64,000 nt of DNA from assembly GCA_000708835.1 (NCBI GenBank), contig DF237233.1, positions 1-64,000 on the forward strand, in the 5' to 3' direction. The notes beneath the pieces were generated by a model. The model saw only the letters and a program-made list of their open reading frames with translations, did not search any database and had not been told where the DNA came from. The translations under genes were made by a program, and so were the position numbers. Position 1 is the first letter of the stretch. Each line of letters starts with the position of its first letter. The stretch comes from Klebsormidium nitens. Taxonomy: Eukaryota > Plantae > Klebsormidiophyceae. Below are positions 26,201-39,931 of this stretch, piece after piece.

Positions 26201-29200
26201 GGCAGATGCAGTCGAACGAAGATTGACGGCGTCTACAACTCAGTGGCCCGAGAGCGGGTACAACGACCGTACGCAATCAGTGGCGCTCCCTGCATTCCAG
26301 CCACATATTTGGCTTTGACGTTTCAGATCAGAACACAACCTGAATCAAATTTCTTATTGGTAGGAAAGGGTTCAGGTAACGCGCGATCCATCCTTGGCTT
26401 CTAAGCCGGGAAACATGCCATCCTTTCCTTCTCCAAGGAAAACATTGGTGCCAGTGCCTCTAAATCTTCAATAAGCTGACAGTCCAACTTTGGCTCCCCG
26501 CCGTACAGATTCTGGCAAGAGCAACCAAAGAATAAATCCTTGAAAAAGAAAGCTCCATCTGGCTCGTTTCCGGGCCAGCTGAATACGAGCCAGAGGAATT
26601 GTGATAAGAGATACAGGAATTGAGAAAACGCTCTGCTTAAAAAGCGTATCATGGGCTCACACACCGTACCTTTGAAGACGTCTGAAGTGTGTCATTTCTG
26701 GTGACACACGCGCCGACAAGATTGAGGTACAACGGGTGCAGACATACATATGACGTCTCTGCGAGTTCGTTCTATGAAACTATCCGGAAGTTGACCGACT
26801 TTGGCCCAAGAAAGCCGTCAAAGTACACCACTACACCTCTCACTGGAAGCGACACAAAGTTCGGACCCAGTCACCAGAATTCAGCTGTACAGAGTCGCCA
26901 CTTATCCAAGGTAGCATTTCTGTTGACTGCTGGTTGCGTTTCGGAAGTTGACGCAATCCCCGTAGAAGGCAGTGATCAACACTATTCAACCAGACGCTTG
27001 ACGTTCATGGCAGTAGGGCAGTACAGAGACCTCGGTTCCGCCCACTTCCAAAGCAAAGCAGGACGCTTCAAGCGCGAGACAGGAGTCTAGAAGCAAGAAG
27101 AGGTTGGTGACCTGAAATACCCCCTCGACCTTCGTGGCAGCTTTGACGGATCCCTGATATGATGGGTTGCACACACGTTCGACCACATTGAACGTCAGTC
27201 CGTGTCAGGGTTGATAGGAATAGGTGTGCTTTGTCAAGGTATGCTAGCGCTCGTCTCATGTTGTTCTGAGTTCGAATTACGGTTTGAACACAGAGTCAGT
27301 CAGCCCCAAAGGGCGTCCGAAAGATGGACAGGAAGTCAAAATGACAATTGTCCGCCAAGGTCCCCTCCTCATCCTTGCCTCTCTTAAGTGGACCGTCAAC
27401 CAAGTCACATGAAGAGGAACCAAAACGCCGCGTCATGTGTACGCACAACAAAGGACACCGCGGCGAGCGGAAAAGCCTTCAGGTTCCGTCTGAAACGAAC
27501 TAGACACTCATCCGGTAATGCCAATCGAGCGCGGTACTCTCAATTCCTGGCTTTCAAGCCGCGGCTGCACATTTCGGTGGACTAAAAAGCAACACGGGCC
27601 TTCAACCCTTGATTCGCATGCCATTCTGGTGATTAACTCCCATTCTCATGAACAAAGGATCCTTTAAAGGCAATTAACAATAAGAGACGCGTGTGACGAC
27701 ACGCCTGACAAGCAGGGGCCCAACCGTCACAAAGAGCCCAGAAGGAAATGCTGACCTTCCACAAGTTGAGAAAGTGCAACAGAAAACGGTGCCCATTCTC
27801 ACAAGAATCATGGGCTGGCCTATGGACAACCGCAGCAATCGTGGCGTCTTTGAGTAGGCGGGGTTTTTCAGTCTTGGAACGGGCGGCCTCGAAACCTCAT
27901 CGAGCCAAAGACTAAATAAGTGAGCAAGGACATTATCGCAGGCATAATTTAAAAGCTTCTTCGTCACGAGCAGTTAGACGACTACTGACTTTCCGGAAGG
28001 TTTGAAGAGAAAGTGGATAAATCAAGGGACTGCACCGGCGGTCAACCTTGAAACCGGCGAGCGATCCTGCGATTCGCTATTTTCGAGTTGACAGGTGCAC
28101 CTTCTATCATTCCCTCCTTTTTCGCCGAGAAGAGAACGCATGCGAGTCGCTGTTTATCGAGGACGTCAATCTCTTGCAACGTACCCGACAAGGCTCCCAG
28201 ATCCTTTAAATGATTGTAACCGCTTGCGGACGAGGGCAGTCAGCAGCAAAGATACTATACATGGTTGGCATGTGGCCAGAGCCCATCTCTCGCTATCATT
28301 GCCCTCACCACTCGAACAGAAGCCCACAAGAGAGAAGGCAAATCAAACGAGGACTGCGCGCAATTCTGCGCACGACAGTTGCGACACCCCATCAGTAGGA
28401 TCCCGCGCCAAGTTCGAACTTGTGCACTTTGAGGTGGACTCGGATCTCTCAACGGCTGACGACCCAGAAGCTCCAGCTGTTTTGATTCTTGGTGTATCTC
28501 ATGAAGAATCAGACGTATTTCTGGAGACAGCACACTTCACACGAGATTCAAGCTCTACGGCTGCCACGGCGCCAACCCGGAATCCTCTCGGGTACGTTAA
28601 TATAGACGATGATTCAATCATATCACGGCATGCACCTGCCGATTTGTAGCAATGTTCACAAGCTTCTCCCAGATGAACACGCCAATTTCAAATGGAACCT
28701 TAATGGCCCCAGTCCTCCTCGAGGATTCAAAGAGCGTGGCTCGAAAGCCATTGCGAAGACACTCGTCAAGAACGAGGGACTTGCGAGGCAGGCCAGCTTA
28801 AAACCCAAGGTCTGCGTTAGCATGTGTACGCAAAGACCTTATAAAGGTGTGCCCAAGAGTTGGTTTCGCTTCGGGGCGTGGTTTGGCAGTCTCAGGACCC
28901 CATGCAACGCATGCAAAACTTTTGTAACGCTTGAAGTAGAGAAAGGCCATATGCGGTACTCGTTAAATCTACAAAAGACAAGGCGTTACCAGTTACGGAA
29001 GCATTTCCAAAATTCGGGGCAATCAGATTGAGCCTGAGCATGCACAAGCCCTAAGGTGGCTCCGGCTGCCAACAACAGAAGGTCGACACAAAAGAGGGCT
29101 TCTACAAGAACCATGCATGGAATGGAGCTGTAAGAATCTTCAGACACGAAAGTGGACTGCGTCGACCAAGCATGATATATTGTAATTAACTGCACAATTG

Positions 29201-32200
29201 GACTCATATGACTGAAAAAGCAGCAACTATTCTTCTTTTGTCATGAAATCCACGTGTATAAGCAAACGGCAAAGCAATCCGCTAATATATTTGCGAGGCA
29301 GTCAGTAAGAGACGAATCGGACTGACAATATAAAGTCAGCCAAAGCACATCTTAGCCGCAGGGATGTGACAAGTACGCAAGATATTTAACAAGCCGTCAA
29401 AACCAGACCCAACAGAGATTTGACTGGTTTCAAGGAGTTAAGTCTAGTCTGCAAACGAGCGGGCATCTTTGCCAACTCCTGCTCACTCTTGCCCTCCCTT
29501 TTCGAAGGAAGGTGACAACCTCGGAAAGCAAAACGCCACATACCTTTACAAGAGTCATCAAGGATCTGGGGCGCGTGATGTCAATATTCAGGTGGGGCCT
29601 TTCTAACGCCCTTGCCTATGGTAAACTCGATCGGGGCAGTCCGAGCGGGATGTGTGCACACTTGGCTCGTGATCACAAACCAAAGATCAACCGCACGCCG
29701 CCATTGCCCATAAGGAGTCGGTCCCTGATTCATATGCTACTCTATCTGCTATATGACATTCAACGGTCTTAATGGACGACTCGAAGGAATGAAACTTTAC
29801 GTGAAATTGCGATAATAGTTCAGAAATGGCTCTGACAAACATCAATATGGCTCAAATAGTTGTAGGACAATCTGGGCTGCTGGGGCTGCTCATCCGACGG
29901 AGCCCTCTTTGCAGGTGTCCGGTAAATCACGATTTTTGATCTGGGCCTCAATCAGACACAAAAGTAGCCCTCAAGAGGCGTCTGGTCCTGAACGTACGGT
30001 GTTTGACAGCGGTAGCCAAAGATACGTCTTTCATCATTGCCATTTTCGTAGAAGAACAGACCGTCTATCAAGGATCAAGAGATTTTCTGTGGTAAGCTCT
30101 GATATCAAAAATGTGGTGACAGTTGGAAACGAAAATGGCAGACGCGATAGCCAGTTCGAGGTCAGACGCAATAGCGACAGTGAAGTGCGTCAGTCTGGAA
30201 CACAAAAGCAACCGGATGTACCGTTTTGACTTGAAAGCGAACTTTCTCTTGAACACAGCGAGCCGGCAAAAAGATCGAAGCCAAACTTTCCGAGCATTAA
30301 AATACCAGTACATGTTGGCAAGGCAATCAGCTTCCTCCGAATGTACGTGGGCAGATAGTGCCCTGATCGCACATGGGCCATCCTTGCCAGAAGGAAACGA
30401 ACACGTAGCAAGCGGTGCCGACCGGACGAGCTTGAACTAGATCCTCCAATCTGGAAACTTTCGTACGGGACTGGGCACGGGAATGATTGCTATTCGCCAT
30501 CCAGAGTCAACTATCAGACACGAGTGACCGCCGAACGTCGACAAAGACCATCGTGCGGTTTTTCACCGGAAGACCCGAGATCCGGCAATCCGCTCGACCA
30601 GGATTGAAAGAGTCCAAGTTTGGCCACCTGCTCGCCAAGGTCCTATTCATCATCGCCGTTCGTACAAGCATGACGGATCCAAGCAAGGTGCCGCTAAGAA
30701 GGGTTTGCGTAATCAAACCTGAAAACGGCGGCGAGGAGGCAAAGCGAAGTTTCAATCTTGAGGTTTGAGAAGAGATTCTTGTTAATGCTGGATCGATTGG
30801 ACTGAACTATTCCGGCCGGAAAGCAGACAACACGGCCGATACAGTTGATCAGAGCGCGAGTTCAAGGCGCCAAGGACAGCCATGGCGGTCCCTGCACCAA
30901 AGAGTTGGCGCCGGACTGCGAAGCAGCGTATACGTAAAGTGGCCATTTTCTGGCGGCATGACATGATTGATCGACTAACAAACCATCACCACATCCCTTA
31001 ATTAGGCATGCATTTCTCTCAACCACGTAGCGCCTGTAAAGCATTAAGCAGGCTCGTCCATAGAGCAAATCGACATTCACTAAAACCTCATGATTAGTGA
31101 ATGTCGAATCTTCGCCGGCAGGAGACTCACGTATGTAGTCGAGCGACGGAGATGCAAATTCGATACCGTCAATATTGTTAGGTGCTGCGAAAGGCTCTCA
31201 GAACTCCCCGTCGTCAGAGGTCTGGCGATCTGCGCCAAACTTGTTCCATCTTTGCCCAAAAAACCTCCGATCGAAGCTCGAGATTCTCAGAGCAACAAAT
31301 AGCAAGTCGTCGGCTGCTTGCCAAGTAGAATTGACTTGCAAATCTCATCTTCCATGAGAAAACAGAAAGCCTGAGAGGCGAGAAAAGTCCGCGGGAACGT
31401 ACGGAGTTTGTCGGCTAGCAGGGAGGATTAAGAAGACGTGCGGCGAGTCTGCAAGTCTCTCAAAAACTGACAAGCGAATGCAAAATTATAAAGGGATTGC
31501 AGTCGGCTGATCTGACCACAACGAGGCTCTCAAGACGTAGATACCGAGGCATGGCGACATGCGCCAACCTCGTCATTTCATCCTTGCCAATTCGAGAAGG
31601 TTAAAATTCACTCCAGATATTGTTCCGAACCGAAAGTCGAAGCGTAGCCCAGTGGCAAGTTGTCGGCTGCTTCGAAAGGGAGCGTCAGATTGCATGGCTG
31701 CTTTTACGTCTAGTTCATTGCATCGACGAGCCTGAAAGTCGAGAAACAGGGGCAACATGGCATGAACGGAGGCTGTCCGCCGGTGAGAAGGACGGGGTTC
31801 GTGCAGCAATTGAAAGGCCACAGATACGAAGGAGCGAAGGAGGTGGGGCAAGAGAACCATCCTCTATGAATCCGGCGAAGCACTTCAAAAGAAAAAGACA
31901 ATATATTGGGTCGGCTACAGAGCGGCTGCAGACGTGCTTGCAGACGTGCTTGGCGGACACAAACACGCCAGTCCAAGTTTAGACGCGACCAACGACAGAG
32001 GAGTGCGTCGTTTAGTTGCACATATGCAGAGAGTGAAGGAAGACTGACTGGAATAGTTGAGCTCTTTTACACACGCTCGAAGCCGAACTATTCCAGTGTT
32101 CATCAAAGTAAGCGTGCATGCTGACGAGGCACTCAGGACCGTCAGAAAACATGTCCGGCCAGTAGCGCCATAACTGTTCGTGGGCCATCCTTGCCCGAAG

Positions 32201-35200
32201 GAAGTAGGGCACGTGGCAAGCGCGCTCCAAAAAGTTCCAAAAAGCTGCTCAAACGTAGAAGCCCTCTTCCTACATTTTAAAGAGAGGTGGCCTTTGTTAG
32301 CGATAAGGAGTAAAACCCTGGAACCAAATCGACATATCTGACTGCGGCGATCAAGGAACTCAAAGGAGTTGACCAGCGTTGGCAATCTCATTGCCAAACT
32401 TCTGATTATCATTGCCGTCGCTACTACAGATTTGATGGTCATGAACTATCTGCATTGGCAAAGGAGGCGAAGAAGCTTTGGGTGCGTGCAACCATTTCTT
32501 GCGGGTACAGAATTGGTTTAGTAAGGTCCGGAATAGACACAGGAGAGTCAAACCAGAGCTCGCCTCAAGAGCCAGGCCAACTATGCCCCAAAGATGGTTG
32601 AAGATTCCTGCACGTGGCCATTGGTCGTCAAAGTGCAGCGCAACGCAAAGTGGGCGCTGGCAGCCGGCACGATTCTCTGTGTCAGCACCGGGAGCCCACA
32701 GATGAGGATGAAGCGAAGGAGCTGGGCGGGCGAACCCATCTTTTCAATCCGGCGGAGCACTTTTGAGTATAGAAGCAGTCATTCTGAGGGCGGCTGAAGA
32801 CGTTCATGGCACACACAAACACGCCAGACAAAGGGTAGATGCAAGCAACGACAGAGAAGTGCGTCGGTCAGTTGCGCATATGCAGAGAGTGCAAGAAGAT
32901 TTCGACTTGAGTAGCTGAGCACTTCTGCACAAGCTTGAAGCAGAGCTATCCAAGCTCTTATCCAAGTGCATGCTGACGAGGCACTCAGAACCCTCGGTAA
33001 ATATGTTGGCTAGTAACGCCATACCTGCTCGTGGGCCATCCTTGCCAAAACAAAACGGGGCTCGTGGCGAGCTGGCTCAGTCCTTCCACAGAGTTCCTCA
33101 AAACCTAGATCGCCCTCTACCCGGCAAAATGGAAACGAAGTTGACCTTTGTTGGCCACAAGGAGTTAAGCCCTGGTACCAGATCGACCGACAACAGAATC
33201 GCTTCCTGCGGCAATCAAGAACTCGAGTTGAGGGCTGGCATTTCATTGCCGAAATCATGAGTATCATCGCCGTTCGTTGAAGAATAACGGTTCCAAGCAG
33301 CTGACGCTACTACGGACTTGATGGTCGGGGGATAGTCGGAGATCTGGAACCGACGAAGAAGGAAAAGAAGAGGAGATTCGACTTGACTAGCTGGGCTCTT
33401 CTACAAACTGTAACAGCGAATTGACGACCGGTTTAGAACCAAGGTTTCTAGGTAGCTGAAAAGGCTTCATGCTGAAAAGGCAATCAGGACCCTGCGCTGA
33501 CTACTTTGGCGCCGTGCTCGTGGGCCATCCTTGCCAGACAAGAAGTCATGATTGGGACACGTGGCACGCGGTTGGCATACTTTTTCGCCGACATTACTGA
33601 GCTCAGGACCCAACGAGATTGGGAATTGATTTGACGGGTAGTCACCATCTCGTATCAGTCTTTGAACAGGAACAACAAAATCCACAGACGGCAGAAAACT
33701 TCCCTGCGGCTTTCAGAGGATGTTGCTCATACTGACGAGCTGTTCGCCGAGCATTTAGACATCATTGCCGTCCTAGAGTAACGAACTTGACCAGCTGCCG
33801 CTACCACTAAGATGAGGATCCTAAAGTTGGATTCGAGAAGGAGTCTAGCGATCTTCGGAATTAAGTCGAGAATGCCGACGTGATGCCAGTGGCGAGAACA
33901 ACTCCTGCTGCGCGGGACGCATAAAAGTTCAAGGCGGTTGAAAGAGACGCACACTGGTTCCAATTCCAACTTCAGTGGAAGGGTGTTCCAACTGGCAACC
34001 TTGGGTGCTACGAGGCTCTCAGAACGCGAATCAACAAACACGTGGCAATCTGCGCCAGACTTGGTGTTCCAACCTTGCCGTTCCAAGGAGCAAGACCTGA
34101 AAGTCTGGTCCACGTTGTGTTACAAACGGAAAGCTGAAGCAGAGCCAGTCGTCGGTTGCTTCAAAAGATATGTTAGAGTTGCAAATTGCAGCGTCCTCGT
34201 GAAGACTGTCAGGCCTGAAAGTCTTCTCACAGTGAAGAATCTGCGAAACCCTCGTGGAGCAGCAACTGGGCTGCGCTTGCCTTCACACGGAAGCGAGAAG
34301 AGACGGTTGCAATACGAAAGCAGCTCACCATCAAATAGACTGACGACAAGAACAACCAGACGTGCATGAAACCTTGTTAATGTTGAAAGGAAACATTGGG
34401 TAAGCAAAAGAAGGTGGGGGAAAAGAACCATCCTTTTTGACCCGGCAGAGCATCTGGGAACAGACAACACTGTGTGGTGGCGGCTGCAGATGGAACGAAT
34501 GGCCGACGCGACAACGCCCGTCCAAGTTTAAACTTTAGACGCAAGCAACAATCAGAGAAGTGCGTCGGCCAGTTAAGCTAACGCAGAAGGGTTAAGAGAG
34601 ATTGGACGTGAATAGCTGGGCTCTTCTAAAGACTGCAATAGCGAGTCGACTACGAAATTGAGATCCTATTGGTAGACTTCTGCTGGCGCGGCCATCAGGA
34701 CTCGCCGGTTATCTATGGCAACCAGCGCCGTGCTCTTGGGCCATCCTTGCCAGACACAAAGTCATTAATTAGACACGTAGCGCGCTGTAGAACTTTTTTG
34801 CCAGCATTACTGAGCTCAGAAACCACTGAGATGGGGAATCAATTTAACGGCTAATCACCACCTCGTATCAACTTTTGAATGCGAATTACAATACCCAAAA
34901 ACGTAAAGACTGTTTCCTGCGGCTTTCAGTAACTTCTCTGCCACTGACGAGCTGTTCGCCAGGCTACTAGTAAGCATCTCTGCCGCTCGTCCAAGAATGA
35001 TGGATCAAAGCGGCTGTCGCTACCCCAAAAAGAAGATTCTGGCTTGACCAGCGAAGGAGCCAAACGACCCTAAGTCATGAGCATCACGCTCTTACGCACT
35101 CTCGCATAGTTGAACCTCACTCGTCTGCAAAAGGTTGCAACAAAGTCAGTAAGGTGGGGGCCAGAAACTCTCGCCTTGAAGACCACGAGAAACCAATGCC

Positions 35201-36744
35201 AACGATGCATACATACTTGAGACAGAGGGTTACATTCGGCTAGTCTAGGTGTTGCGAAAGGAACTCAGGACGCGGCACGAAGGCTGAATTTGGCACTGTG
35301 CGCCAACTTTATCCATCTTTGCCAATCCAAGGAGCAAGATTGAGAGCTTACTCCAACCACGACTTCGCAACGTCAAGCCAAAAGGGGTGGTCGTTGCTTT
35401 GAAATATAAGTCGTCTAAGGAATCTCAGTGTCTATTTGATTGACATCTAGTCCAAAAGTCGCAAAGCAACACAACATGGACGAAGCAAACTTGCTGGGGA
35501 GGAGGACAAAATCTGTCCAACAAAGCAAAAGCTATATACGAGAGTGTATGGCCGCGCTTCCCTTTCAGAACGAAAGCAAAACACAGTTGATAGCAGTGCA
35601 ATTCAAACCCAGAAAGACAAGAGGAGCAGACGTTCTGGCCAGGCAATTCATTTCAATTAATAACTTTGGAAGGGCAAGGAAAGAGTTCTGGTATAGCAGA
35701 GAAGTGACGATCTGAGACAAAACACCCTCATAGCAGGTTCTGCACAGCGCTTCTGAACGAAACTGGATTTCTTGAAACAAAGTAAGGGAGCATTTGACGG
35801 ACAAGAACATTCGTCTTGCACATTTTGGAACTGCGTCGTTATCGAGGGCGTTCGAATATGCTACGGCGAGAAGTTGTAACGTTCAGGGTTCCAAATCGGC
35901 CATTACAATCCAGAAACGATGGAGCAATCCGACACCGCACCCGTACCTGTGGCTTTTTCAACCACAACTGCGCATCGCTATCGCCCACATAGGATCACGT
36001 GCCTGCTTCGACGAGGCGCAAGTAAGGTGTTGCTTTTTACCTCTGGGCGGGCTAAAAGCCCGTCGACTCAGACCTCGGATCTAAAACATGTGGCATGGGT
36101 GACACTTGCAGAAGAGACGGGAAGTCGAGCACAGCTTCCCAATCCAGGGGTTCGACCTTTCAGTTCCGTTCTTATTGTCAAGAGATGAGAAATGACTGTT
36201 TGTCATCCTAAGCATCATTCTGCCAAACCATAAAGACATCAATGAAAATGCTATCACCAAGTGTTGCGGATCCGCAAGGGCATTCAGCATACGACATTTC
36301 ACACATGGCCACACTGGCCAGAGCCCATGTATATTACATCTTCGCCAACACTGAGTCGCACTCAGCGGGAACGGAATCAGAAAGCGAATGGTCGCAACCT
36401 GCTGCACCAAAGTTAATCACCATGTCGTCAAAATGGGTCGTTCAGTGCTCTTACAGCAAACGCACACGCGGCTCTCCCGCACCTTACTCAACTGTCACCG
36501 TCACAGGGCAAAGCATCTCGTAACTGTGTGAAATCAAGAGGCTTTACGAATTTTCAAGACCTACGCGCGAGGGTTCGGCTGGCTACTTCGGTTGTCTGCC
36601 TCAGCAATCACAAAACGCAGTTTCCCACATCAGCACCGGAATGGAGCATCTTTGCCAACTTGACAAGTCACAAAATGAACGCACAACAGCCTGTCGACGT
36701 CTCTGGAGGAACTTCTCGGAAAGGAAACTTGGACTTGATATAGA

Positions 36745-37005
36745 CAAGACTGGTGCGCGGCCCAATTTCGGACGATTTTGACTTCGGACGGGCAAACCCG
36801 AAATCTAATTTCGGACTATCTGAACCACTCTGCGGCTGCACACGCGCGTGTGTAACGCTGTCGCGCGCGGCTCGTCTCCTAATGGTACTCTGAAACGCGA
36901 CGTCGAGCGCACGAGCAGCCGCAGACTGGGTTAACTGAGTCCGAAATTAGGTTTCGGGTTTGCCCGTCCGAAATCAGAATCGTCCGAAATTGGGCGCACC
37001 AGCTT
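36745..37005. mobile_element. Foldback MITE (~260 bp) with ~90-bp TIRs
   Basis: The left arm CTGGTGCGCGGCCCAATTTCGGACGATTTTGACTTCGGACGGGCAAACCCGAAATCTAATTTCGGAC...CTGCGGCTGC (from 36750) matches the reverse complement of the right arm ending at 37002. Each arm has three TTCGGAC sub-repeats. Possible TAGA TSD (36741-44 / 37006-09). Confidence 0.85.
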
Positions 37006-39152
37006 TAGATAACCAGACGTTATGCTCGCTAGCCAGGCCGGTTGGTTCATTGCCAAGAGCAGCCGTCAGAGAGTGCAGAGCATCAACTAAATCTAGTTTC
37101 AGAGTTGGATTGAATTCAATATCTGATTTTCAATCAGTTTTTGATGCAGGACAGTTTGGTAGTTCGTGCATTGCCCCACTACCGATTTCTGTCCGCTGAA
37201 CAGCATGGCCGCTTGCCCGCTTCGGTGCTTCGTCCGTGCCTTAAAGGACAGTAAAGAACAGTCGCTGAGGGCATTTGGGTCTCAATTGCGCGTCCATCAT
37301 GCTTAAATGAAAACACTCGATAATGTTTGCAAAACTCGAGAGTTTGTTTCGGTGGCGCTGCCGTAGAGCACACGGCAGACGCAACACGCTAGTGCAAGTT
37401 CGAAACGATCAGCAAACAAAAAGTGCATCAGTCGACGGCGCCTATATATTGGCGAAGTGAGGGATATGGACTGAGTCAGACCGGTTTTGCATACACTTAT
37501 GCGAGCCAGCACACGGTTGAAGCGGCTTTCAAACAGCCCACCTGCTGTCAAGGCAATCGGCACCTTGCGTCGAACAGTTCTCGCAACTAGTGCCGTGCTC
37601 GTGGGCCATCGTTGCCTGAGACGGTGGGCCACGTGGCAAGCGCTACATGGACCTTTTAAACAGTATAACGAGCTGAAAAGCCCTCAGAAGTGGGTAAGGC
37701 GTGTACCTTGGGTTGCAGCTTGCAAAACTTGCATGTCTCAAATGTTCTAAGTGAAGCGATGCAGGCCCTTCCACGTCTAACGATTTTAGGCTTAGCCATC
37801 TGATCGAAGCGACGAGCCACACGAGATTAAGAGAGTCAGCGGAACGGAGAAACGGTTAGCTAGAAACCCGAAGGGAACGATGGGAGCGCTGCAGACCTGG
37901 TTGACCAGATGGACCTTTCTAGCAAAGATGCGAAGATGAGAGAAGCCCTCGTACGGTAAGAGAAGCCCTCGTATGGATTCCAATACGGACTCGATCTTCA
38001 TCGATCTTCATTCGCAATCCATATTCGAATGGCTTTCTGCGGCATTCAAGACGAGCAGAATAAGGCATTGGCATTCTACTTTCCAAGCTCCCATACATCC
38101 GAGTCATTACCGTTCGGCCAAGAACGAGGGATCCAGCAGCTGCCGCTACTATGGACTTGATCTTTATGGATTATCCGACTGGCCTTGAAAGTAGGCGAAG
38201 AACCTTTGGATGCGTACTACAAATTCTTGCGGATGGGAATCGATCAGCTGGGAAAGGTCCGAAAAACACCAAAAGCTCGAACTATAGCTCGCCTGAGAAG
38301 CCAGGCCAGCTATGCCCCAAAGATGTTTGAAGATTCCTGTACGTTGCCCGATTGGTCGTCACAGTGCAGCGCAATGCAAAGTGGCCACTGGCAGGCGGCA
38401 CGACCTCGAACCCCAAGGTGTTAATACCCTCCTGAAAACCCCGGCACGGAATGGAACAGAATGCAATAGATACAATCAGAAGAGCATGCCCTCTCGATTC
38501 GTGACTAGTGGGACCGATCCCCACTGCCGTGAATTGTGTGCAGTAGGATATAAGAGAGATACAGATCGTTGGTCATAAGAATGGGTTGCAGGGGGTCGCG
38601 CTGGGTGCTACGAGGCTCTCTCAGGACATCACCTGACACTATGCGCCAGACTTGTCGTTTCTTCCTTGCCGTTTCAGAAGAAATGGCAGATTTTCTGGAG
38701 GCTTTCTGCTCTCCAACTACTGTTACGAACTTTGAAATCGCATGCAGAGCAAGCGTCGGTTGCTTAAAAACAGAGCGTCAAGTACAGAATGCAGACGTTT
38801 CTATCTAAAACAGAATGCTCGACAATCAAGAGGAAAGCTGTGATAGGCAACGTGGCAGGGACGGCGAGCCGCAAAGAATCTGCAACTTTAATAAATGCAG
38901 AAAGGGGGTTGCGCTTGCCCATGAGTCGACGACAAAGAAGAAAACGCCTCGTCGTGTTTATCAGACAAACAGCAGAAAAAGAAACATCCGGATGACACGG
39001 CAGAACGGGGAGCCCAAAGATCAGGATCAAGCGGAGAAAGTGGGGCACCCTCCTTTTTGGCTCGGCGGAGCACTTCAAGGACAGAAGCAGTCAGTGTGAG
39101 GGCGGCTGCAGACGTTCATGGGGGACACAAACACGCCAGACCAAGGTTAGAT

Positions 39153-39590
39153 TGAAGCGGCGCTGAACAGAATCGACTCGGGGTGAGAGAGATACGGGCT
39201 GGAGAGACGATATACGAGGAGTTGAATACAAGCTGAAGATAGCTGTTGAGTGATAGCTCTCTAAGAGATTGGAGTTCGGGGAGNNNNNNNNNNNNNNNNN
39301 NNNNNNNNNNNNNNNNNNNNNNNNNNNNNNNNNNNNNNNNNNNNNNNNNNNNNNNNNNNNNNNNNNNNNNNNNNNNNNNNNNNNNNNNNNNNNNNNNNNG
39401 TCTAAAAGCTTATCGGACGGTTCCCAGGCGCGCGGTGCACGTGGGTCTTATCGGACGGTCACGCGGTGAAGCAGTAACCTGGACACGTGGCGTGTAGTGA
39501 TTCAATAAGTCGATAGCGTATAATAACGGACGATGCGCGGCCGCGAGTTCAGCGCGCAGCCGGGAGTCGGTGCGCAGTCGTGCCGTTACA
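39153..39590 (-). mobile_element. Probable solo LTR (or LTR element collapsed in the gap) inserted in an array unit
   Basis: Starts TGAAGCGGC and ends GCCGTTACA (TG...CA, 7/9 terminal inverted match). Flanked by the 5-bp direct repeat TAGAT (39148-52 / 39591-95). Removing it restores the array motif CACGCCAGACCAAGGTTAGATGCAA. It contains a 116-N gap, and the orientation is tentative. Confidence 0.75.
39284..39399. other. Assembly gap (116 N)
   Basis: Run of N. Confidence 0.99.
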
Positions 39591-39931
39591 TAGATGCAAT
39601 CAACGACGGAGAAGTGCGTCGGTCAGTTGCGCATATGCAAAGAGTGAAAGAAACGTTCGACTTGCATAGCTGAGCTCTTCTACACACGCTCGAAAGCCAA
39701 ACTATCGAAGCGCTTATCGAAGTAAGCGTGCATGCTGACGAGGCACTCAGGACCCTCGACAAGTATGTACGGCCAGTAGCGCCATAAGCAGTTGCTCGTG
39801 GGCCAGATCCTTGCCCAAACAAAACGGAACACGTGTCAAGCGCGCTCAGAACTCCCGAAAGTCTCAAGCGTTGGAGCCCTCTTCCCAAAATGGAAACGGG
39901 CTTGACCTTTGTTGGTTGTAAGGAATTGACA

